Shown here one piece after another: positions 1 through 6,757 of a stretch of 21,240 bases of DNA. Origin of the DNA: an uncultured bacterium (GTDB lineage Bacteria; SAR324; NAC60-12); the NCBI GenBank assembly GCA_965662235.1, contig CBFIGY010000045.1:1-21240 (forward strand), in the 5' to 3' direction. Every line of letters starts with the position of its first letter. Within the stretch, counting starts at the first letter, position 1. Under the pieces are notes generated by a model. That model saw only the letters and a program-made list of their open reading frames with translations. It searched no databases and had not been told where the DNA came from. Both the position numbers and the translations under genes were made by a program.

Positions 1-1
1 G

Positions 2-1009
2 GCTGGGCTCGACAGCGTTTCGGGTCGGATGATCTGCCTAGGCGCCCACCCGTTCTTCACGCCCGACCAGCTTCCGTTTCTGGCCAAGCACCGCTACCGC
101 GTGATGTACGACCACATGCCGCGCATCGGCACCCTAGGGCGCTGGATGATGAAGGCTTCCAGTGGGGTGCAGGTCAACTTGGACTACCACTCTGTGGAGG
201 ACCTAGAGCGCAAGATGGTGGTGCTGAACCGCGCCGCGCCGTTCCTGGCGGCTCTCTTTGCCAACAGCCCCCTGCTTCAAGGGGCGCCAAGCGGCTTCCT
301 GTCGTTCCGGACCCACATCTGGTCAGACACCGACCGAACCCGGTCAGGACTTCCAACCCCGTTCCTGAACCCTCGCTTCCGGGCGGAAGATTACGTGAAC
401 TGGGCACTGGAAGCGTCTCCCTACCTGCTGCAACGGGAAGGAAAGCTGGTCTGGACAGCGGATCACTCCTTCCGGAGCCTGCTGGAGGGAAGTCATCCTG
501 AGATTGAGCCCACCTGGGCGGACTGGGAGGCGCACCTCGGCATGCTGTTTCCCGACATCCGCTTGAAGAACATCATTGAGGTCCGAGTCTTTGACAGCCT
601 GCCCCCGCAGTGGGCCATTGCCATCCCGGCGTTGCTCAAAGGACTCGTGTACGAGGAATCCGGACTGGCTGCGGCTGAAGCCGTGCTGATGGACCTTCCT
701 GCAGAGGCCTATCCGGTGCTCAGAGACACTGCGGCACGCGAGGCACTGCAGGGAACCGTCGGAAGCATCTCACTGGAACAGGTGGGGAAACGCTTGGTTG
801 AAGGAGCGTTGGAAGCGTTGGGGAGTGCGGATGAGGAGTGGCTGCTGCCCTACTTTGAGCAGTTCACCAAAGACGGACGGGTGCCGGCGGAGGCGGTGCT
901 GGAACGGTTTGCGGCCAGTCGCACCCCCGCGGAATGGTTGGAAGCCGAGTGGCAGGCTACTGGCCTTCCGGCAGGTCAATGGGCTGAAATGCCTGGTCTT
1001 GCGGCTTGA
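2..1009 (+). CDS. gshA: Glutamate--cysteine ligase, GCS2 family (plant/alphaproteobacterial GshA/EgtA-like); 5' end truncated by the window edge
   Basis: The frame is open from position 2 (AGLDSVSGR-MICL...). Motifs GRWMMKASSGVQVNLDY, LAALFANSPLLQGAPSGFLSFRTHIWSDTD and WEAHLGMLFPDIRLKNIIEVR match the GCS2 pattern (MMxxTxxVQVNLD, ALFANSP, SxRxxIWxDTD, HLxxxFPxVRLKxxxExR). Confidence 0.88.
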   Translation, partial: AGLDSVSGRMICLGAHPFFTPDQLPFLAKHRYRVMYDHMPRIGTLGRWMMKASSGVQVNLDYHSVEDLERKMVVLNRAAPFLAALFANSPLLQGAPSGFLSFRTHIWSDTDRTRSGLPTPFLNPRFRAEDYVNWALEASPYLLQREGKLVWTADHSFRSLLEGSHPEIEPTWADWEAHLGMLFPDIRLKNIIEVRVFDSLPPQWAIAIPALLKGLVYEESGLAAAEAVLMDLPAEAYPVLRDTAAREALQGTVGSISLEQVGKRLVEGALEALGSADEEWLLPYFEQFTKDGRVPAEAVLERFAASRTPAEWLEAEWQATGLPAGQWAEMPGLAA

Positions 1010-1913
1010 GGGCTGAAGTCCTCTGCACCGGCTCCCAGCTCTGAATCTGGACGGCGTAGCGACTGCTCGACTGCCCCATCTTGCCGATCAGGGTGGGGCG
1101 TCCGTTCACACGAACCGTTACCTTCCCTCCACTGTTCTGCAGGGGCAGCACCTGCCCCACCTTCAAGGACCCTCGGGTCTGCCTGAGGTCCACCTTTCCC
1201 AACTCACTGACCAGCTGATGGTGCGTCTGCTCCAGAAGGTCCATCATCCGGTTCCCGACACTTTCATAGTATGGCTCAACGGACTCAGGGGCTAGCACCC
1301 GCAGGGGTTCCAAGCGGTTGAGGGTCTTGTGCATGGCCGTGAAGGGAAGCGCCAGAATGACCTCTGACGAGCTGGCCTGCTCCTGGGACTGGAACTTGAG
1401 GCGGAGGACGAGGCAGCGTTCATGCGGCAGAAGCACCCGAGCCCGGTGGCGACTGGTGGTCACCCGCTTGAAGCGCATCTGGAAGTCGCTGATGTGGGTC
1501 CAGCTGTTCTCAAAGTCCTTGGCGGCAGCGTTCAGGAGGTCCTGCAGGGCCGCGTGGTGCTGCATCATGAAATCCTCTAGCACCAACTCACCCTCGTCCG
1601 GAAGCAAGGACCGCATGGTGGCCTGGACAAAGCTGTTGTCGAGGATCAGCAGCCCCTTGGCCAGCTGGTTGATGTCGACGATGTAGATTGGCTGCGCCCG
1701 GACGTGCTGAAGGAGGTTGGCAAACCGCATCCACACCACCTGCTCGGCCTGGACCTCAAACAGCAGTCCCAGACGCTCATAAAGCGTGGTTTCGAGCAGC
1801 GATGCCCACCGACGTGAAACGACATCCATCCAGGGAAACCGTCCGGTTTCGTACTCAGCCTCAACCAGTTCGTAAGGCTCCACATCCAGTTCGCTGGTGT
1901 CATGATGAAGCAT
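957..1913 (-). CDS. fliM: FliM-like flagellar motor switch (C-ring) protein, divergent; lacks the N-terminal CheY-P-binding peptide
   Basis: 318 aa. The N-terminal part resembles the FliM CheC-like middle domain (VEPYEL...RFPWMDVVSRRWASLLETTL, GLLILD, KDFENSW, VILALPF). The C-terminus is a SpoA/FliMN_C domain (LKVGQVLPL...VTVRVNGRPTLIGKMGQSSSRYAVQI). AGGA SD upstream; ATG is 3 bp after the fliN-like stop. Confidence 0.78.
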   Translation of the reverse strand: MLHHDTSELDVEPYELVEAEYETGRFPWMDVVSRRWASLLETTLYERLGLLFEVQAEQVVWMRFANLLQHVRAQPIYIVDINQLAKGLLILDNSFVQATMRSLLPDEGELVLEDFMMQHHAALQDLLNAAAKDFENSWTHISDFQMRFKRVTTSRHRARVLLPHERCLVLRLKFQSQEQASSSEVILALPFTAMHKTLNRLEPLRVLAPESVEPYYESVGNRMMDLLEQTHHQLVSELGKVDLRQTRGSLKVGQVLPLQNSGGKVTVRVNGRPTLIGKMGQSSSRYAVQIQSWEPVQRTSALKPQDQAFQPIDLPEGQ

Positions 1914-1916
1914 GGT

Positions 1917-3938
1917 TCAGTCCTGCATGATGCCGATGATGCGCACACCCAGGCGCTCCTTGTTGATCAGGACCACTTCGGCGTGAGCAATGGTCTTGCC
2001 GTCGAGGACAAGTTCCACAGGCTCACCTGCCAGCTTGTCCAGCTCAATCACGCTGCCGTAGGTGATCTGGGTGATCTCTTCACCGGTGAGTTTGGTTCGG
2101 GCCACCTCCACCACGACTTCGTGCTGGAAGTTCAGCAACACCTCGGAGCCAGAGGCTGCAGGGGAGTTGGGTTGAGACATAGGTTGGTTCTCCACTGGAA
2201 CGTTGGGGTGGTGGGAAGAGTCTCCGTAGCGAAGCGCTTCCAGGTCCGACTGGGGACGCGCTGAAACCGCCATGCCGGCAACTGCGACAATGCTGGCGGC
2301 TGAAGCACCTGCAACGGCTGAGAGGTCAGGCTCAGGTTGGGGCTCAAGTTCAAGTTCTGGGGTTTCCTCAGAGGCGTCCACCGGGTCCTCAAACGCAGCG
2401 TCCTCGGGAGGAAGGGGCTCTTCCTCTTCGGCAAACGGAACCTCCTCCTCTTGGAGTTCAGGGGCTTCGTCCGGTGCCTCCAAAGCGACAGGCTCTTCGG
2501 CAAACGGATCTTCTTCTTCGGCAAACGCATCCGGAAGGTCCTCAAGTCCAGATTCCTCAGGGAGGTCCTCAAGTTCGGACGCTCCGGTGTCCATGGACAG
2601 GGGGAGCTCTGCGGTTTCGTCTTCCGGAAGGTCGCTGATTTCGTCGTGAAGGTCCGGAGGGTTCTCCAGCGCTTCCAGGTCCTCTAGGTCACTGGGGGAG
2701 CCTTCGAGGGCGGGGCTGGCTTCATCCAGTGCCGCGGCTTCAGGCTCTTCCTCAGACAGGCTTTCCAGATCTTCCCATTCCGGGGCATCCGGAGGAACAT
2801 CGCTTTCGGCAAGGGACTCGCCTTCAAACGCCAAGGGGTCGTCCTCGGCGTGAATCTCAATGAGTTGCTCTTCCTCGTCGTCAAACTCGCCGGTTTCTGG
2901 AAGAGCGGCCGGTCCTGCGTCCATCAATTCATCAGTGGGCTCGCTCAAAAAGGCCTCTTCGACAGGCTCCAGTTCCTCCAGCCCGTCGATCGCCACTTCG
3001 TCTTCCGGTGCTTCTGGTTCCAGCGCCACGGGTTCCAGTTCCTCTAGCTCTTCGAGGTCCTCAGTCGGCGCGTCTTCCTCTGCAGGGAGTTCAGGCTCGA
3101 TCTCGGCGGTAGGGCCCATCTCGACCGCAGCGTCCAGTTCCGGCTCATCCTCCAGCTCAAAGTCAACCGCCTCTTCTTCTGGAAGGTCCTCAAGTCCCGA
3201 CTCGTCTTCCAGCGTTGGAACGTCTTCCAGTGGCGCTTCGTCTGAGAGGTCTTCAAGGCCGCTCATGTCACCGAGGTCATCGAGCCCTTCAATTTCGTCA
3301 GACTCTTCAGGGAACGCCTCTTCTTCTGCAGCCGGTGCCGCTTCTGCAGCCGGTTCTGCGGCGGCGGATTCTGCAGCCTTCAGGGGCTTGGCAGAGACCG
3401 GTCCAGAGTTGAGGTCGTCATCCTCCCCTTCGAGGTCAAAGCTCAGGCCGGCTTCATCGGGTAGGTCATCAAGCCCACTCTCCTCGGTCAGGTCGTCGAG
3501 TCCACCTCCCTCAGCGAGATCGTCGAGTCCTCCGTCTTCTGAGAGCTCCTCCAGTTCGCCCCCGGATTCAAAGGCGGCGAGGTCATCGTCTTCTGCAGGC
3601 ATCTCCATTCCGGGAATGCCTTCTTCTTCATCTCCAAAATCGTCGTCGTCCTCGCTGGGGGCTTCTTCAGCAGGAGCGGGCGCTTCGGGTTCTGAGGGGC
3701 CTTCGCTTTCGGCAAGTGCGGCTTCAAAGCCCTCAAACCCGAGTCCGGAGTCTCCCGGGGCTTCTTCTTCTTCAGGAGCCGGAGGGTCATCAAGGAAGTC
3801 ATCGTCATCAGCGCTGAAGTCAAACGACTCGATTTCGTCACCTTCACCGGGGAATTGGGCGTCCGGAAGTTCTTGCCCGTCAAAGTCGTCGGCAGGGAGG
3901 TCGTCGAGATCGTTCAGTTCGAATTCGTCAGCGGGCAT
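1917..3938 (-). CDS. fliN: FliN-like (SpoA/FliMN_C) protein with a ~600-aa acidic low-complexity N-terminal extension (673 aa)
   Basis: The C-terminal ~75 aa (1917-2144: EVLLNFQHEVVVEVARTKLTGEEITQITYGSVIELDKLAGEPVELVLDGKTIAHAEVVLINKERLGVRII) is a typical FliN domain. Start placed at ATG 3938 (MPADEF), preceded by AAGGAAACC, rather than the ORF-track start at 3980. Confidence 0.82.
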   Translation of the reverse strand: MPADEFELNDLDDLPADDFDGQELPDAQFPGEGDEIESFDFSADDDDFLDDPPAPEEEEAPGDSGLGFEGFEAALAESEGPSEPEAPAPAEEAPSEDDDDFGDEEEGIPGMEMPAEDDDLAAFESGGELEELSEDGGLDDLAEGGGLDDLTEESGLDDLPDEAGLSFDLEGEDDDLNSGPVSAKPLKAAESAAAEPAAEAAPAAEEEAFPEESDEIEGLDDLGDMSGLEDLSDEAPLEDVPTLEDESGLEDLPEEEAVDFELEDEPELDAAVEMGPTAEIEPELPAEEDAPTEDLEELEELEPVALEPEAPEDEVAIDGLEELEPVEEAFLSEPTDELMDAGPAALPETGEFDDEEEQLIEIHAEDDPLAFEGESLAESDVPPDAPEWEDLESLSEEEPEAAALDEASPALEGSPSDLEDLEALENPPDLHDEISDLPEDETAELPLSMDTGASELEDLPEESGLEDLPDAFAEEEDPFAEEPVALEAPDEAPELQEEEVPFAEEEEPLPPEDAAFEDPVDASEETPELELEPQPEPDLSAVAGASAASIVAVAGMAVSARPQSDLEALRYGDSSHHPNVPVENQPMSQPNSPAASGSEVLLNFQHEVVVEVARTKLTGEEITQITYGSVIELDKLAGEPVELVLDGKTIAHAEVVLINKERLGVRIIGIMQD
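3459..3566 (-). repeat. Degenerate 27-bp (9-aa) coding tandem repeat, 4 units
   Basis: Units 3540-3566 SGGELEELS, 3513-3539 EDGGLDDLA, 3486-3512 EGGGLDDLT and 3459-3485 EESGLDDLP. Confidence 0.75.
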
Positions 3939-4056
3939 GGTTTCCTTGATGAATCCCCTTAAACCGGCTTCCTTGGTCACCAGGGGCGGAGGAAAAGAAG
4001 GCTTCAGGGGTTTGAGAGAAGGTCCGCAAGTTGCGCATTCTTAGCGTTTCGGCAAG

Positions 4057-4085
4057 ACTATAAGTTGCATTTTGTTTTTGCAAGA
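4057..4085 (-). promoter_or_regulatory. Candidate sigma70-type promoter for fliN-fliM
   Basis: The minus strand reads TCTTGCAA-AAACAAAATGCAACT-TATAGT: a good -10 (TATAGT), with TTGCAA at 15-bp spacing or TCTTGC at 17-bp spacing. Confidence 0.3.
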
Positions 4086-4242
4086 CCATACGGGGGACGC
4101 TGGACTCTCTTGGGAGTTTGTGGTACGACCTGAAGGCTTGCAAAGAGAGCTTCCCCGTCGGCTGCTAGCATTAGCTGAGAGCAAGGACAGTGCCTCAATG
4201 GGGGGAAGCGGGAGTTAAACTTGTTCCTGGAAGGAAAACAAC

Positions 4243-6090
4243 GTGCTGGATAGACTGCTCTCGGGTGATAGCAACGAAGAGGTGAACGCGATCTTGGAGA
4301 GAGCGAAATCCCTACTGGAGAGTAAATTTTACGATCGGGCGATGGTGGAGTTCAACAAGGCGTTGGACCTCAACCAAGAGGTGGCGATGCCAATCGTGAC
4401 CGACATTTATGGGCAGTCTTCAGGTGATCCCTCAGCGATGGTTGCGCTGGGGGTGAACCTGCTGGCACGCGATGAGAAGAACCTGGAGCTCGCCAACTTT
4501 CTGGGAAATGCCTACCGGAAGCAAGGGGAGCCCAACAAGGCCAAGAACCTCTACCTGCACTGCCTCAAGCAGAACCCGCGGGATGAGTTTCCCGCCTACA
4601 ACCTAGCGGCGACGATTGCGAAGGTTGAGCTCTATGACGCCAGCGCCGTCAGTGCCGTCAAGCCCCTAGAGAAGCTGACCAATTACAAGCTCCCGGGCAC
4701 ACCGGAGGGCCTGGAGCGTCTGAAGGAAATCCACGAAAAGCTTCACCCCAAGAAGGACTCCCTCTCAAGCCTGTTGGCGGCAGAGGAAGAGGAGCAGGCG
4801 GCGGCTGCAGAAGCGGCTCCGAAGAAAGCCCCTTCTCCGTTGGATGATCTGGAGGATGAGGACTTCCCGGATGATCTGCTGTTCCCTGATGCTCCCAAAA
4901 AGGAAGCGGAGATCAACGTGGAGGAACCGCCTCCCCCGCCTCCTCCTCCCCCACCTCCTCCTCCGCCTAAGGCCAAGGTGGAACCGGAAGTAGAGGAATA
5001 CCGCATCAATCCGGAAGAGTTGCTGGGATACGCCATGGAGCAGCTGGAAGAAGACAGCGAGCAGCAGCGGCAGATGCTCATGGACCTAGCGGTGTACAGC
5101 ATGGAGGAAGGCAGCCCCAAGATTGCCCGACGCATCTTTGAAGGCCTCCTCCGGAAGGAACCGAACAACCTCGACTACCGCTGCTTCCTCGTGTGCTCCT
5201 TGGCCCAGATGGGGAGCCACGAAAAGGCAGAAGAAGCCCTGAACGGGATGCTCAAGCGCAATCCCAATCACCGCTACAGCAACGTGAACATGGGCATCCT
5301 GCTGCGCAAGCAGCGCAAGACCCAGCAGTCCCGGGTGTACTTCTTCCTAGCCGCCAAGCTCCTTGAGCGCTCCCAGGGGGAGTACTCCATCGACCGGTTT
5401 GTTGAGGAGGGGCGGAAGTTCATTGCAGAGGGCAAGAGCAAGAAGGCGCTGGACACGCTGGGACCGCTGACGGATGAGCTGGAGGACCTAGAGTTGCTGG
5501 TCAATCTGGGACGGCTTCAGCTGGCGGACAAGCAGTATGATGCTGCCAAGGAAACCTTCCTCAAGGCCGTCCGGATGGACCGGGGGAACAGCACGGCCAA
5601 GCGAGCCCTCAAGGAGCTGCGGGACATCTTTGTGATGCAGTCGGATGATGCCATCAAGCGCAAGGAGCTCGACAAGGCCGGGCAGCTGCTTGATCAGGCC
5701 ATTGGCATTGCGCCGGCCAAGGAGCTCGTCCGTAAGGCCATGATGGTGCATGGCATGGTCAACAACGACCAGCGGGTGGCCAACCTCAAGCACATGCTCA
5801 AGAAGATGGAGCAGCGGGAACGGGACAAGGAAATTCAGGAGCACCTCGCCCGGGCGGAGCACCACGAAAAGGCTGGGCAGCTCATTGAAGCTCTCCGGAT
5901 CTACGAAGCCGCTGTGATGATTGAGCCGCGCCAGGACCTCTACCGGTGCATGGTCGACGTGTGCCAGAAGCTCAAGCGCCAGGATTTGGCGGAAAAACTC
6001 ACCGCGTGGTACCATGAGCAGCGCGAAGCATGGGAGGCCCGTCAGCGGTCCGGCGGTGAGGACGAAAGCAACGACGAGAAGCAAGGATGA
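4243..6090 (+). CDS. Tetratricopeptide-repeat (TPR) protein with a central acidic and poly-proline linker
   Basis: GTG start after an AAGGA SD. Several TPR-like segments (FLGNAYRKQGEPNKAKNLYLHCLKQNP, NMGILLRKQRKTQQSRVYF, VNLGRLQLADKQYDAAKETFLKAVRMD). Fourteen consecutive Pro codons at 4927-4968. No signal peptide evident. Confidence 0.85.
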   Translation: MLDRLLSGDSNEEVNAILERAKSLLESKFYDRAMVEFNKALDLNQEVAMPIVTDIYGQSSGDPSAMVALGVNLLARDEKNLELANFLGNAYRKQGEPNKAKNLYLHCLKQNPRDEFPAYNLAATIAKVELYDASAVSAVKPLEKLTNYKLPGTPEGLERLKEIHEKLHPKKDSLSSLLAAEEEEQAAAAEAAPKKAPSPLDDLEDEDFPDDLLFPDAPKKEAEINVEEPPPPPPPPPPPPPPKAKVEPEVEEYRINPEELLGYAMEQLEEDSEQQRQMLMDLAVYSMEEGSPKIARRIFEGLLRKEPNNLDYRCFLVCSLAQMGSHEKAEEALNGMLKRNPNHRYSNVNMGILLRKQRKTQQSRVYFFLAAKLLERSQGEYSIDRFVEEGRKFIAEGKSKKALDTLGPLTDELEDLELLVNLGRLQLADKQYDAAKETFLKAVRMDRGNSTAKRALKELRDIFVMQSDDAIKRKELDKAGQLLDQAIGIAPAKELVRKAMMVHGMVNNDQRVANLKHMLKKMEQRERDKEIQEHLARAEHHEKAGQLIEALRIYEAAVMIEPRQDLYRCMVDVCQKLKRQDLAEKLTAWYHEQREAWEARQRSGGEDESNDEKQG

Positions 6091-6731
6091 GACGCCGGCC
6101 TCCCGGTGGCCCCATGAACGCGGGGTTGGACTCGCTGGTGGACATTGTTTCCAACAGCGTCGGCATCCTGGTCATCCTCTCCGTGTTTGTCGCCCTGCTG
6201 ACCCTGGCACCTCAGGAAGTCAGCACTCCCGATTCTAGACAGCTGGAGCAGCAAGAGAAGATCGTCATCCCCTGGTCTCACTACTCACAAAAGGCGAGTC
6301 GCCTGCTGCTGTTGCGGGACAATCAGGTGGTGCTTTTTGACCGGGCGGCCGTCTACCGACGCATCCGCGAAGAAGTCACCGGTCCCGGACAGGTTCCAGA
6401 GCGCCTCGACATGGGCAACTACGAGGTCAACCTGATGACGATCTCCGGTAACGCCCACTGCCTCGACTTTTTACCGAACCGGGACGCAGGGCGCTGGTGG
6501 CATGAGTTCAAACGGTCGGGAGGCCCGATGGATCAGATGCTGGGGCAGTACCGTCCGGAAACAACCTATTTCTTCTTCTGGGTGCACCCTGACAGCTTTG
6601 AGCTGTTCCGGGACATCCGTCAGCTCTTGTGGAATGCCAATTTTGAAGTAGGCTGGAAACCCGTCCGGGCAGACACGCCGCTCCGGTACTGCACGGGATT
6701 TGGCCAGTTCCGCAGCTTTCAGCCTCAGTAA
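6087..6731 (+). CDS. Single-pass membrane protein, ExbD/TolR-like (N-terminal TM helix with an Asp); function unknown
   Basis: ATGA overlap with the TPR stop. Basic N-terminus (MRRRP), then LDSLVDIVSNSVGILVILSVFVALLTL. C-terminal beta-alpha-beta FFFWVHPDSFELFRDIRQLLWNANFEVGWKP resembles the ExbD/TolR periplasmic domain. Alternative start at 6114. Confidence 0.6.
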   Translation: MRRRPPGGPMNAGLDSLVDIVSNSVGILVILSVFVALLTLAPQEVSTPDSRQLEQQEKIVIPWSHYSQKASRLLLLRDNQVVLFDRAAVYRRIREEVTGPGQVPERLDMGNYEVNLMTISGNAHCLDFLPNRDAGRWWHEFKRSGGPMDQMLGQYRPETTYFFFWVHPDSFELFRDIRQLLWNANFEVGWKPVRADTPLRYCTGFGQFRSFQPQ

Positions 6732-6757
6732 TCGTTCAACCGTAGTCTTTGTGAAGT

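Noticed and set aside
3459..3566. CRISPR-like array
   Set aside because: The repeats are degenerate, contiguous, in-frame coding units with no spacers, and there are no cas genes.
3939..3980. ORF-track N-terminal extension of fliN (start 3980)
   Set aside because: ATG 3938 has a well-spaced AAGGA SD and begins the acidic sequence; the upstream 14 codons differ in composition.
2860..4044. 394-aa Ser-rich + strand ORF (and 2272..2649)
   Set aside because: Antisense shadow of the Glu/Asp-rich fliN extension: an offset frame opposite GAx codons yields TCx Ser codons.
4046..4073. Sigma28 (FliA) promoter for fliN: GCCGAAAC on the minus strand
   Set aside because: Only 6/8 to GCCGATAA and no TAAA at the expected spacing.
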